DNA of 32,000 nt from Pseudoalteromonas translucida KMM 520 (GTDB lineage Bacteria; Pseudomonadota; Gammaproteobacteria; Enterobacterales; Alteromonadaceae): positions 900,001 through 932,000 of the forward strand of contig NZ_CP011034.1 of the NCBI RefSeq assembly GCF_001465295.1. The letters run 5' to 3'. The number at the start of each line of letters is the position of its first letter. Position 1 is the first letter of the stretch. Under the pieces are notes generated by a model. The model had not been told where the DNA came from. It made no database searches and saw only the letters and a list, made by a program, of their open reading frames with translations. The position numbers and the translations under genes are program-made. Positions 17,431-27,675 of the stretch are shown piece after piece.

Positions 17431-19350
17431 TTATCTATTTGCCTCAAAAGTGGCAACAAGTGACGCAAGCGTTTGTGCGCTATTTGCTAAGTCGCGAATA
17501 GCCTGCTCAGTATTTAATTGCTCATTCATCGACTTGTCGCTAATTTCACTAATTTGCTCAATATTGCGTCCTACATCGGCTACTACATTACTTTGCTGCT
17601 CTGTTGCTGTTGCGATTAAGGTTGCCATATCATTAATTTGATTTGCTGTTTCAGTAATAGTATCAAGCAGCTCAACTGAGTTTTGCATTGCCCCTACACT
17701 TTGCTGAGCTTTACTTTTAGACTGACTAATATCGGTAACAACATCATTCGATATTTGGGTTAACTCTTCAATCATCGACTGGATTTCAGTGGTTGATTGT
17801 GAGGTGCGATTAGCCAACGCTCGCACTTCATCGGCAACAACAGCAAAACCGCGACCATGCTCACCCGCACGCGCAGATTCAATAGCAGCATTAAGCGCGA
17901 GTAAGTTTGTTTGTTCAGAAATACCTCTAATTGAGTCAACAATACTAGCAATATCAAGCGTTTTTTTAGAAAGTAAGGTTACTTGCTCTGTAATGCCATC
18001 TATGTCGCTAGCAAGGGCTGCAATAGTCGTTTGGCTTTGCAGTACCTGTTGATGGCTTTTATTGGTGTTTTCGCGGCTACTATTAGTTAACTTCGCCGTG
18101 TTAGCGGCACTTTGTGCTATTTCTTGTACTGTGGCGCCCATTTCGTTAATGGCAGCAGCAACCGATATTGTTTGCTCTTTTTGCTGATCAATTGCTTGTG
18201 AGTTATGTTTTGCTTGCGCAAATACATGATCAGAGCTTTGGCGGATCCCATGGCTTTCATGGGCAACTTGTTTAATTGCTGTGTCTATTTTTTCGATGAA
18301 TTGATTAAAACCATCGGTTAAATTATTTAGCTCAGGTTGCGCAGAGTAAGGAAGTCTATATGCTAAATTAGCATCGCCTGTGCCTAAACGAGAGAATAGC
18401 TCAGCTATTTTCGACAGTGGCGACGACAATGATCGAGCAAGCAAATAACTAATAATGCTCGCTATAAGGGCGATGATTATCGTGAAGGTTAAAATTTGCC
18501 ATTCTAATTTACTCACACTCGAAAACACTTCGCTTTTAGGTACTTGGGCTACAACAAAAAGGTCAGTATTTTTTATTGGTGTTGCAGCAACTAGGGTGTC
18601 TTCACCTGCTAAGTTAATTTCTGCTAATGAAAAGCCATTACTGTTTAATAATTTATTATGTATATTTGCGCCGTACAGGGTATCTATATTTACTTTAGCC
18701 ACTTTATTGGCGTCTTTATGTAACTGGATCAAGCCATTTTTATTGGCAAGAAAAACAAATCCAGATTGCTCAATTTTAAATTGCTGCAGTAGCTTTTGCA
18801 TATCGGTAATGCTTTTAGCAAGCCCCGCTAAACCTAAACCATTGGGTTGCTGATGGTTAATAAACATTTTTACATCGTTAGCAGATTCTTGATAAATACT
18901 GATGTCATAAGGGCGCTTTGACTGTTTAAATGCGAAAAACCAGCCATCTGCGGCATCGTTTTTCAATACGCGTAAAAAGCCATTTTGGTTCCAGTATTGT
19001 GCAGTGTTTCTATTTGCCCATGATGCAGTAGCAAGATCGTACTGTTGTACTAATCTGTTTAGCTCATTAAGTAATTGAGAGTCGTCCTCGGTGGCTGAGT
19101 TTGCCCAATCAATCAGAAATACATTTGAAGAAAGTTGTTCTGCGGCGCCTAAAAGCTCGTTTATTTCGCCACCAATATGGTTACTAATAGTTTGTAACTT
19201 GCTTGGAAGTTCAGACTCTATCATACGCTTTTCGATGATATCCTCTGCGCTATGTAGCGATGTTAAGCCTATGAGCGCGGCAACACAGATTGCGATAACA
19301 CTGCCTAAAGCGGTGATTTTTTGAGTAATAGAAAGGTTTTGTATCATCAT
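17431..19350 (-). CDS. Methyl-accepting chemotaxis protein
   Basis: TM1, a periplasmic sensor region of about 250 aa, TM2, HAMP, and the highly conserved MCP hairpin [38 protein letters not shown]. Confidence 0.95.
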   Translation of the reverse strand: MMIQNLSITQKITALGSVIAICVAALIGLTSLHSAEDIIEKRMIESELPSKLQTISNHIGGEINELLGAAEQLSSNVFLIDWANSATEDDSQLLNELNRLVQQYDLATASWANRNTAQYWNQNGFLRVLKNDAADGWFFAFKQSKRPYDISIYQESANDVKMFINHQQPNGLGLAGLAKSITDMQKLLQQFKIEQSGFVFLANKNGLIQLHKDANKVAKVNIDTLYGANIHNKLLNSNGFSLAEINLAGEDTLVAATPIKNTDLFVVAQVPKSEVFSSVSKLEWQILTFTIIIALIASIISYLLARSLSSPLSKIAELFSRLGTGDANLAYRLPYSAQPELNNLTDGFNQFIEKIDTAIKQVAHESHGIRQSSDHVFAQAKHNSQAIDQQKEQTISVAAAINEMGATVQEIAQSAANTAKLTNSSRENTNKSHQQVLQSQTTIAALASDIDGITEQVTLLSKKTLDIASIVDSIRGISEQTNLLALNAAIESARAGEHGRGFAVVADEVRALANRTSQSTTEIQSMIEELTQISNDVVTDISQSKSKAQQSVGAMQNSVELLDTITETANQINDMATLIATATEQQSNVVADVGRNIEQISEISDKSMNEQLNTEQAIRDLANSAQTLASLVATFEANR

Positions 19351-19445
19351 AAGGGTAATTTTGTTTACAACTGAACCAAGTAGGTGATTATTTTAACACA
19401 TTATATATTTTGAGCGAGTGATGAATAGCGCGTTATGCAGGTACG

Positions 19446-19473
19446 AAAAAGCCCACCGCAAAAGCAGGTGGGC
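19446..19473 (-). terminator. Rho-independent terminator after ilvC
   Basis: Stem GCCCACC (19451-19457) / GGTGGGC (19467-19473). The minus-strand T-run is the complement of A5 at 19446-19450. Confidence 0.8.
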
Positions 19474-19510
19474 TTGGTTTCTAACAAGTGAAACTTAGGT
19501 TAACTTGGGA

Positions 19511-20983
19511 TTAAACTATTTTTTTCATTGCTGACATGTAACCGCGTAATGTAGCGCCTACTTTTTCAACTGGGTGTTCACGTAATGCCGTATTAATTTG
19601 AATTAACGTTTGGTTGTCTACTTGATTACTATGCTCGCCTAAGCCTTTACCAATTACGTCGGTGTCAATTTTTTGCATAAAGTCTTGTAGCAAAGGTAAA
19701 CATGCATGGTTATATAAATAACAACCATATTCAGCCGTATCCGAAATTGTGCGGTTCATTTCAAATAACTTTTTACGCGCAATGGTATTAGCAATCAGTG
19801 GCGTTTCATGTAATGACTCATAATAAGCCGACTCTGCAATAATACCTGCGGCAGTCATGGTTTCAAATGCAAGCTCTACACCTGCTTTAACCATAGCGAC
19901 CATTAAAATACCGTTATCAAAAAACTCTTGCTCAGCAATTTCAACATTGCCCGCTGGGGTTTTTTCAAAGTGAGTTTCGGCTGTTTCTGCGCGCCATTTA
20001 AGTAAGTTTGCATCATCATTATTCCAGTCTTCCATCATGGTACGTGAAAAAGTACCATCGATGATGTCATCTTGATGCTTGTTATATAGTGGGCGCATAA
20101 TTTGTTTTAGTTCTTCACTTAATTCAAACGCTTTTACTTTAGCTGGGTTTGAAAGACGGTCAAGCATATTGGTTACGCCGCCGTATTTAAGCGCTTCGGT
20201 AATTACTTCCCAGCCGTATTGAATTAGTTTTGAGGCGTAACCTGCATCAATGCCTTTTTCAATCATTTTATCAAAACATAAAATAGAACCAGTTTGTAAC
20301 ATGCCACATAAAATGGTTTGCTCGCCCATTAAATCTGATTTTACTTCAGCAATAAATGACGACTTAAGTACGCCGGCTCTGTGGCCGCCAGTACCAGCAG
20401 CATAGGCTTTAGCTTGAGCTAAACCATGACCTTGTGGGTCATTTTCTGGGTGCACAGCAATTAGAGTTGGTACGCCAAAGCCACGTTTGTATTCTTCACG
20501 CACTTCAGAGCCTGGGCATTTTGGCGCTACCATAATTACGGTAATGTCGTCGCGTACTTGCATACCTTCTTCAACAATATTAAAACCATGCGAGTAGGCA
20601 AGGGTTGAGCCTTGTTTCATTAGTGGCATAATTGCGTTTACCACTGAAGTATGTTGTTTATCAGGCGTTAAATTTAATACGACGTCGGCAGTTGGAATTA
20701 GTTCTTGGTACGTGCCTACAGTAAAGCCATTTTCAGACGCATTTAAAAATGATTGACGACGCTCACTAATGGCCGAGTCACGCAGCGTATACGACACATC
20801 TAAACCAGAATCACGTAAGTTTAAGCCTTGGTTTAAACCCTGTGCGCCACAGCCTACAATAACCAGTTTTTTACCTTTAAGAGCATCAACGCCATCAGTA
20901 AACTCGTCTGCGTTCATAAATTCACATTGGGCTAATTGCGCCAATTGTTCGCGTAAGGGTAAGGTATTAAAATAATTCGCCAT
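19511..20983 (-). CDS. ilvC: Ketol-acid reductoisomerase (class II, long form)
   Basis: [14 protein letters not shown]...[19 protein letters not shown] is close to E. coli IlvC, and the 490-aa length is typical of the enterobacterial-type enzyme. Confidence 0.95.
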   Translation of the reverse strand: MANYFNTLPLREQLAQLAQCEFMNADEFTDGVDALKGKKLVIVGCGAQGLNQGLNLRDSGLDVSYTLRDSAISERRQSFLNASENGFTVGTYQELIPTADVVLNLTPDKQHTSVVNAIMPLMKQGSTLAYSHGFNIVEEGMQVRDDITVIMVAPKCPGSEVREEYKRGFGVPTLIAVHPENDPQGHGLAQAKAYAAGTGGHRAGVLKSSFIAEVKSDLMGEQTILCGMLQTGSILCFDKMIEKGIDAGYASKLIQYGWEVITEALKYGGVTNMLDRLSNPAKVKAFELSEELKQIMRPLYNKHQDDIIDGTFSRTMMEDWNNDDANLLKWRAETAETHFEKTPAGNVEIAEQEFFDNGILMVAMVKAGVELAFETMTAAGIIAESAYYESLHETPLIANTIARKKLFEMNRTISDTAEYGCYLYNHACLPLLQDFMQKIDTDVIGKGLGEHSNQVDNQTLIQINTALREHPVEKVGATLRGYMSAMKKIV

Positions 20984-21119
20984 GTTAGTGTCCTATTGAT
21001 TCAGTTTGTTAGATGCATTGCTGTTGCTTTGCTTAACTCAACCATATGGAAAATCTTTTCTTGCGTAAACTGATATATTTGCATTAGAGTGTTTCACAAT
21101 ATGAAATACTGAGTTGGTT

Positions 21120-22025
21120 ATGGATCACAAGCATTTAAATTACTTTTTAGCGTTGGCAAAAACATTGCACTTTTCGCGCGCCAGTGAACTTTGTCATATA
21201 AGTGCGCCTACATTGAGCCGTAATATTAAGCAGCTTGAAAGCGAAGTAGGGGTAATGCTATTTTTACGTGATAACCGCAGTGTAAAACTAACCCGCGAAG
21301 GGCTGGCATTTATTGACTACGCCACATCTACATTGGCTAATTGGCAGCGCTTTAAAGCGAACCTAAAAGAACCACAGCAGTATATTTATGGCAACGTGAG
21401 TATTTATTGTTCAGTAACCGCATCGTACAGCTTTTTACATCATATTTTAGAGCAGTTACGCGCTCAACATCAGCATATAGAAATCACGCTAAATACCGGC
21501 GATCCTGCGTTGGCAATAAACCGTGTTTTAGATGGCCACGAATCTATGGCTATTGCTGCTAAGCCAAATAAGTTACCTGCACAAATAGCCTTTGTTGATA
21601 TTGGTTATTCGCCGCTGGTATTTATTGCGCCTAAAATTGCGTGCTCAATTACGCAAAAGCTTGCTAGTAATACAAATAGTATTGATTGGTCAGAACTTGA
21701 GTTTATTGTGCCAGAGCAAGGGTTTGCTAGGCAGCGCTTGGAGCAATGGTGGCGAAAAAATAATATTCAGGGAAAAATTTATGCGCAAGTAGCGGGGCAC
21801 GAAGCTATGGTATCTATGGTGAGCCTTGGCTTTGGCATAGCAATGATCCCTAAAATAGTTTTAGATAACAGCCCACTACAAGACAAAGTACACGTTTTGC
21901 AAACAAATACACATGCACCTAAAGGTATTGATATTGGCTTGGCAGTATTACATAAAGAATTAAACGATCCGGCTATAAGTGCCTTGTGGAATATAGCGCA
22001 AAATATGGGGGAAAAAATAATTTAG
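21120..22025 (+). CDS. ilvY: LysR-type transcriptional activator IlvY
   Basis: Divergent from ilvC, which is the canonical ilvY-ilvC arrangement. LysR helix-turn-helix block (HFSRASELCHISAPTLSRNIKQLE). ATG 21120 aligns with the MD... N-terminus of E. coli IlvY. Confidence 0.9.
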   Translation: MDHKHLNYFLALAKTLHFSRASELCHISAPTLSRNIKQLESEVGVMLFLRDNRSVKLTREGLAFIDYATSTLANWQRFKANLKEPQQYIYGNVSIYCSVTASYSFLHHILEQLRAQHQHIEITLNTGDPALAINRVLDGHESMAIAAKPNKLPAQIAFVDIGYSPLVFIAPKIACSITQKLASNTNSIDWSELEFIVPEQGFARQRLEQWWRKNNIQGKIYAQVAGHEAMVSMVSLGFGIAMIPKIVLDNSPLQDKVHVLQTNTHAPKGIDIGLAVLHKELNDPAISALWNIAQNMGEKII

Positions 22026-22245
22026 TGGCAATACACTTACTAAGGTTGCTCTTAGTATAAAATCCCAGATAGCGTAAGTCTTCAATCTACAGCTCCTCTA
22101 TAGCCTGTAAATAGAGCTATTAGGCTAAGCATATAAGCCGCAAAGTAATCTTAATTGTATAAAAGTTGTTAATGATTGTAACTGCCTAGAGCTTGTTCTC
22201 AATGACCTTGCTACTATGGATAAATGGCCTTTTTATATATGTACG

Positions 22246-23106
22246 ATGAACACAATGCGGTTTTATTTTATAATAATATTATTAATCTCTCTTTCGTTTA
22301 ACGCTCAGGTATTAGCGCTAAGTGACGAGCCTGTAGATGCACATATATCTACAGAGCAACTGCATTTAAGCATGAGTATAGGGGCGGGAGTAATAACTAA
22401 TCCATTATATGGTGCAGATAATATTCCGTTGGTGATCATTCCTCAAATTGCCTTTTATGGCCAACAGTGGTTTTTTGATAATGGCCGAATAGGTTACTCG
22501 TTTAAACAAACGCAACAGCATAGCTTAAGCCTAGTAACAGAATTAAACCCAGAGTCGCGTTTTTTTATTGATTGGCACCCGCAAAATATATTTGCGCTAA
22601 AAAGTGTTAGTTCAAATAATCAATTTACCCAGTTAGAAACAAATACCTCGCCTCAACAAATAAATATTAATAATATTAGTAAGCGTAAGCTCGTTTTAGA
22701 TGCAGGTATAAGTTACTCCTTTGTAGCTGAGCAGCAGATGTTATCCGTGCAAGCATTGCACGATGTAAACTCTGCTTATAATGGTTGGCGAGCTGCAATC
22801 CAATGGCAGTACCATGGGCAAGTAGGTAATTTACAATTAAAGCCCACCATAGGGGTTAATTATAAGTCTGCGCAATTAAACGACTATTATTACGGTTTAA
22901 ACAGCGATGAAACACTGTTAGGTAAAATAGTAGTTGGTAGTAGTTGGCAACCTTATGCTAAAATCGATGCCCGCTGGCCTCTTAGCAAGGCCAACGCTCT
23001 TCGTTTTCATTTAGCATATTATGACTATTCGGCTATGGATAGTAGCCCGCTGTTTGAACGTCATTATTCAACGACTGCCTTTATAGGATTTGAACATACT
23101 TTTTAA
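22246..23106 (+). CDS. MipA/OmpV-family outer-membrane protein
   Basis: Signal peptide (MNTMRFYFIIILLISLSFNAQVLA), alternating beta-strand pattern, and the C-terminal ...AFIGFEHTF aromatic terminus typical of OM beta-barrels. Genomic context is a DUF3019 gene plus a two-component system. Start could be 22216, 22246 or 22255. Confidence 0.75.
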   Translation: MNTMRFYFIIILLISLSFNAQVLALSDEPVDAHISTEQLHLSMSIGAGVITNPLYGADNIPLVIIPQIAFYGQQWFFDNGRIGYSFKQTQQHSLSLVTELNPESRFFIDWHPQNIFALKSVSSNNQFTQLETNTSPQQININNISKRKLVLDAGISYSFVAEQQMLSVQALHDVNSAYNGWRAAIQWQYHGQVGNLQLKPTIGVNYKSAQLNDYYYGLNSDETLLGKIVVGSSWQPYAKIDARWPLSKANALRFHLAYYDYSAMDSSPLFERHYSTTAFIGFEHTF

Positions 23107-23107
23107 T

Positions 23108-23482
23108 ATGAAGTATTTAATCTTTTTTGTGTTTATTTCTTCACTACTTAGTGGCGTTAGCGTGGCGCAAACAACTCTTGATGTATCTCCTAAAGTTTGT
23201 GTTGTCTCTGAACAGCATGATTTTTGCGATCTCAATTTGCAATTTAAATGGCGGCAGTCAGCGGTTAAAGATGTGTGTTTGTATCAACAAAATACGCAAA
23301 TACAATGCTGGCAACAGCAAGGTTCTGGTCAGTTTAGCTATAAAGCGCGTGTTCAGGTGGAGACCATATACTCCCTGATCAATCCTCACACCGGTGACTC
23401 ACTTGCGAGCGTACTCGTTGAAGTACAAAGTGCCCATACTAAAAAACAGTATCGGTTGCGTTCACCGTGGAGCTTTTTTTAA
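23108..23482 (+). CDS. DUF3019-like periplasmic protein (four conserved Cys)
   Basis: Signal peptide MKYLIFFVFISSLLSGVSVAQ and a small Cys-containing mature domain (CVVSEQHDFCD...VCLYQQNTQIQCW). Sits immediately after the mipA-like gene. Family assignment is from memory of this gene pairing. Confidence 0.6.
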   Translation: MKYLIFFVFISSLLSGVSVAQTTLDVSPKVCVVSEQHDFCDLNLQFKWRQSAVKDVCLYQQNTQIQCWQQQGSGQFSYKARVQVETIYSLINPHTGDSLASVLVEVQSAHTKKQYRLRSPWSFF

Positions 23483-23496
23483 TTTAGGAGTAGTAA

Positions 23497-24189
23497 ATGC
23501 CAAAAATATTACTTGTTGAAGATGATCTTGGTTTACAGTAATTAACCAAAGATTACCTCGAACATAATGGCTTAGAAGTCGACGTACTAGATCGTGGTGA
23601 TGAAGTGTTTGCTTACCTTGAAAGTAATCCCGTCGACCTGATCATTTTAGATGTAATGCTGCCAGGTAAAGATGGCTTTAGTGTTTGCAGACAAGTACGT
23701 GATAAATACACCACTCCTATTTTAATGTTAACGGCCAAAGGTGAAGACTTTGATCAAGTAATAGGGCTAGAGCTAGGCGCTGATGACTATGTTATTAAAC
23801 CGGCTGAGCCACGTGTATTATTAGCAAGAATTAGCGCATTATTACGCCGTGGGCAACCTAATTTAAAAGCCACCGAAGAGCTGCAATTTGGCGATTTATT
23901 TATTGATAAAACCAGCCGTATTGTTAAGTTGTCGGGCACAGAAATAGTTCTAACCTCACATGAATTTGAATTACTTTGGCTACTAGCATCAAATGCCGGA
24001 GAAGTATTGAGCCGCGAACATGTGCACCAACATATGATAGGGCGACAATACGATGGCCTAGATCGCACCGTAGATGTACGCGTTTCAAGAATTCGCAAAA
24101 AACTGGGCGATAACAGCGACAAACCTTATCGGATTAAAACCGTTTGGGGACAAGGCTATTTATTTGTTTCTGACGCGTGGGATATGTAA
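23497..24189 (+). pseudogene. OmpR/PhoB-family (RstA-like) response regulator interrupted by an in-frame TAA at codon 15
   Basis: ATG 23497 with AGGAG at 23486-23490 gives MPKILLVEDDLGLQ, then TAA (23539-23541). The same frame continues LTKDYLEHNGLEVDVLDRGDE and joins ORF 23605..24189 (VDLIILDVMLPGKDG receiver plus winged-helix output ...YRIKTVWGQGYLF). Confidence 0.8.
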
Positions 24190-24215
24190 TTAATGCTTAG
24201 TGTTAAGCTGCATTA

Positions 24216-25457
24216 ATGGGCAAGCTGTTTATAAGCCTGTATGTGTATATTATTGTCTCATTATTTATTGTCAGCGGGGTAATTGAACAGCTTTGGCCAT
24301 ATGAAGAGTCGCAGCAGCAGGTGTTACTCGACGATGAGTTTGGCCAGTCTTTGTGGCTATTATCGCAAACCCCTAATGGGCTTACAAAGCTAAAAAACCA
24401 TTTTTCTAGCCAAGTGATTGCTCAGCGCGATTTAATATTACCCGCCGAGCAACAAGCTCAGCTATCTAAAAATCACTACCTTTATTTATATGACAAACAA
24501 CAGCGCATAGTTTGGTATGTTGAACTTAACGCCACACAACTATTACAGGTTGGTCCTATAGGTGGTGCAGCTAAGCCCGTTGGCTCTGTTTTACCCTACT
24601 TATTGCTGTTATTAATAGTAGGCATTCCTGTTGGTTTATGGAGTTTTTTACTGTGGCGAGACTTTGCTAAACTGCGTAATGCATGCGAGGCCGTAGGTGG
24701 CTCACAGGACTTTCAATTAACCGATAGCTCTAAATCATTTTTTTTACCCATAACGGGCACCTTGCAAGTGATGCAGCAGCGAATTGAATTTTTATTAACC
24801 GCGCAGCAAGAGCTTACTTCATCGGTATCGCATGAATTTAGAACGCCACTGGCACGGTTAAAATTTGCCATTGCAATGCTTCAAGACCGAATGCTTGATG
24901 ATAAAGCCGAAAAATACTTAGCTAATATGCAAGTCGATATAAATGAACTTGAGGCATTGGTTTCTGAAATGCTTGAGTATGCGCGCTTAGATTCACAGCA
25001 ACCGAGTTTACAGCTGATCAATTGTAATTTAGTGGCAGTGGTTAAAACGGTGGTTGAAAAGCTCAGTTTTGATACGCGAATAAAGTTAAGCACTACATTG
25101 CCCAATGAACTGAATTACCGCTGCGACAGTCACTTTATGGCGAGAATAATGCAAAACTTGGTAGGTAATGCTTTAAAGCACGCCAATAAAAGTGTGCAAA
25201 TAACCTTATTAGCGCAAGCTAATAATATAGTTTTTATTGTTGAAGATGATGGCAATGGTATTGCTGAAGTTGAGCGTGAAAACGTATTTAAGCCATTTAC
25301 TCGACTGGATAAAAGTAGAGATAAAAAAACCGGTGGGTTTGGCTTAGGGTTGGCCATTGTCAGTAAAATAATTTCTTGGCATCAAGGTCAGTGTACAATT
25401 GAAGATTCAAGCTTAGGCGGAGCTAAATTTATTGTCAGCTTACCGATTAATAAATAG
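24216..25457 (+). CDS. Sensor histidine kinase (RstB-like)
   Basis: Two TM helices flank a periplasmic loop of about 100 aa. H-box SHEFRTPLARL, N-box NLVGNALKHA, and G-boxes DDGNGI and GGFGLGLAIV. Confidence 0.9.
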   Translation: MGKLFISLYVYIIVSLFIVSGVIEQLWPYEESQQQVLLDDEFGQSLWLLSQTPNGLTKLKNHFSSQVIAQRDLILPAEQQAQLSKNHYLYLYDKQQRIVWYVELNATQLLQVGPIGGAAKPVGSVLPYLLLLLIVGIPVGLWSFLLWRDFAKLRNACEAVGGSQDFQLTDSSKSFFLPITGTLQVMQQRIEFLLTAQQELTSSVSHEFRTPLARLKFAIAMLQDRMLDDKAEKYLANMQVDINELEALVSEMLEYARLDSQQPSLQLINCNLVAVVKTVVEKLSFDTRIKLSTTLPNELNYRCDSHFMARIMQNLVGNALKHANKSVQITLLAQANNIVFIVEDDGNGIAEVERENVFKPFTRLDKSRDKKTGGFGLGLAIVSKIISWHQGQCTIEDSSLGGAKFIVSLPINK

Positions 25458-25516
25458 CCGCTTTTATAAAAAATAAAAAGTACATAAATGAAAGTACGCA
25501 GATAAAAACACTCAAT

Positions 25517-25550
25517 AAAAAAGCGCCCTTGTTAACAAGGGCGCTTTTTT
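25517..25550. terminator. Bidirectional rho-independent terminator between the histidine kinase gene and the DUF3820 gene
   Basis: Perfect 22-nt palindrome GCGCCCTTGTTAACAAGGGCGC (25523-25544), flanked by A6 (25517-25522) and T6 (25545-25550). Confidence 0.9.
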
Positions 25551-25615
25551 GGATTTTAATCAAAATCAACAAGTAGCAAAGTAATAGACAGCCCCTTTAT
25601 AAAAAAGTTCTTAAT

Positions 25616-25837
25616 TTAATTATTTTTCTTTTCTAATAATGGCATTAACATTTGCTCTAGGCCATTGAGCTTTACCTCATACATCATGGCTAGTTGGCTG
25701 CCTAGCTTTGAGTCGGGAAACCCTTGTTGTTTAAACCATACTAAATAGGGCTCGGGTAAAAGCAGTAAAGGGCGGCCTGCGTACTTTCCAAAGGGCATAA
25801 TAGTATTAACGGCAATTTTTAGCTGTGTAGGATCCAT
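25616..25837 (-). CDS. DUF3820-family small protein
   Basis: MPFGKYAGRPLLLLPEPYLVWFKQQGFP matches the DUF3820 signature as I remember it. Confidence 0.7.
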   Translation of the reverse strand: MDPTQLKIAVNTIMPFGKYAGRPLLLLPEPYLVWFKQQGFPDSKLGSQLAMMYEVKLNGLEQMLMPLLEKKNN

Positions 25838-26103
25838 TGGCTTTAAAGGTTTTATAAAACATAGCTAAGTGTAAGGCATATTAAAGAGATAAAATAGGCT
25901 GTGACGGGCAAGTAACAGCCTATTTAACGAGGGAGCAGGCCCTCTGGATTAATATATTTATTAGTAAGCCCTTCGTTAGCTGGAGTCTAATTAAGGGCAG
26001 GTGCTTGCGCTAATATTTACCAATAGTCTTTAGTTTACCTGCTTTTTTCTATGTTAGAGAATTAGCTTGTAAAAGAATGTAAATTAAAATTAGAGTGTTG
26101 TTT

Positions 26104-27675
26104 TTACGAAAATAATTTTTGTTTAACGTGCTCAGCAAAACCACTACCGGCTTCTAAGTAAAAGTTATAGGTAGAATTTACACCCATATCTTCTAACTCT
26201 TTTTGCTGATCAGGATAGTTAGCAATAGCGGTAACTTGCCCTTTATAACCCGATGCTTTTAATTGCTCTAACGCAAAAATATTTTGCATATGCTGTGGCA
26301 TTGTTAGCATGACCATTTCAACACGAGAGTGATTTACGCGCTGCCAAAAGTCAGGGTCGGTCGCATCTGCTATTAATACATTTCTTCCGCGTTTTATGTG
26401 CTTATCAACTACCTCAGGCTTTATGTCTATACCTGCAACTAGCTGTGGGTGGGTAGCATTAATTGTTTCATAAGCACCAGTGCCAATTCTGCCCATGCCA
26501 AATATAACAATTTTAGTGTCGTTAAGGTTAACAGGCAGCTCTTCGGCTAAACGGGTTTTACTTTCAAACCTTAGTAGCCAGCGCTCTATTTTTACGTATA
26601 TTTCGTTGGAGCGTTTATTTAAAGGTGATGCAATAATAAAGGTAATTGATACGGCAATTGCAATAACGGCTAACCATTCAGAGGTGATCATGCCAGTAGA
26701 GGCGGCTACAGCGCAAACAATTAAACCAAACTCGCTATAATTAGCTAAACTAAAAGTGGTTAGCAATGAGGTGCGAGCGCGTAAGTTAAACATGTTTGTT
26801 AGCACATAATATAAAAACGTTTTGATTGGTAATACTAACACCAATAATAACGCGGCCAGTAATGAGCTGGTGGTAAGCTCTGCGTTTAAACCTATTGTTA
26901 AGAAAAAGCCAACCAATAAAATATCTTTTAAATTAAGTAATGACTTAGAAAGTTCACTGGCCTTTTTATGAGGCGCAATCATCATACCTATTATTAGTGC
27001 CCCTAAATCACCTTTTAAACCAACTAGCTCAAATGCATGATAACCAGCCACAAGTGCAAAGAAAAACCCAAATAATGGCAGTAGTTCGCCGTGTTTAGAG
27101 CGGTTTAGTATCCACCCCATAACGGGGCGCACTAGCGGCAGTGAAATAATAAGTACCAAAGCCCAAATGTTAGGGATTTTACCGGTACTAATAGCTAAAA
27201 ACACCACGGCAAAAATATCTTGCATAACTAAAATGCCAATGGCTACTTTTCCGTGTAAGCTGCCCATTTCGCCGCGCTCTTCTAACACTTTAACAGCAAA
27301 AACTGTGCTAGAAAAACTCAATGCAAAGCCAACTAATAAAGCGCTTTGCCAGCTCAAATCAACAAATAATGGCAGTGCAAATAGGCTAAGTAATAGCATA
27401 AAGCCACTAAATAACGCACTACTCAAAATAATATGTAAAGTAGCAGAAGCCCACACTTGTGGTTTCATTAAACTATTTACTTTTAGCTTTAAACCAATAC
27501 TAAATAATAAAAGCGTAACGCCTAAGGTAGCAATGGTGTTGAGTAACTCGGTGCTTTTATAGCCCGCTAAATTAAGCGCGAATCCCGCAAGTAAAAAACC
27601 GATAAGAGGAGGGAGCTTTAGCTGATAAACAGCAAAGCCAAACACAAACGCGGCGGCAAAGTAAATTAGTTCCAT
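26104..27675 (-). CDS. CPA2-family monovalent cation:proton antiporter with C-terminal RCK/TrkA-N domain (YbaL/Kef-like)
   Basis: About 12 TM helices, then a Rossmann-type IVIFGMGRIGTGAYE motif. ATG 27675 (MELIYFAAAFVFG...) is preferred over the ORF-track start at 27729. Confidence 0.85.
   Translation of the reverse strand: MELIYFAAAFVFGFAVYQLKLPPLIGFLLAGFALNLAGYKSTELLNTIATLGVTLLLFSIGLKLKVNSLMKPQVWASATLHIILSSALFSGFMLLLSLFALPLFVDLSWQSALLVGFALSFSSTVFAVKVLEERGEMGSLHGKVAIGILVMQDIFAVVFLAISTGKIPNIWALVLIISLPLVRPVMGWILNRSKHGELLPLFGFFFALVAGYHAFELVGLKGDLGALIIGMMIAPHKKASELSKSLLNLKDILLVGFFLTIGLNAELTTSSLLAALLLVLVLPIKTFLYYVLTNMFNLRARTSLLTTFSLANYSEFGLIVCAVAASTGMITSEWLAVIAIAVSITFIIASPLNKRSNEIYVKIERWLLRFESKTRLAEELPVNLNDTKIVIFGMGRIGTGAYETINATHPQLVAGIDIKPEVVDKHIKRGRNVLIADATDPDFWQRVNHSRVEMVMLTMPQHMQNIFALEQLKASGYKGQVTAIANYPDQQKELEDMGVNSTYNFYLEAGSGFAEHVKQKLFS

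Noticed and set aside
17414-19324. Several plus-strand ORFs (17414..17641, 17789..18052, 18455..18853, 19091..19324) antisense to the chemoreceptor gene.
   Set aside because: They lie entirely inside a confidently identified MCP gene on the opposite strand. Their composition is low-complexity Ser/Ala/Leu/Cys-rich, as expected from the antisense of a repetitive Ala/Gln/Ser-rich coiled coil. They have no ribosome-binding sites or recognisable motifs.
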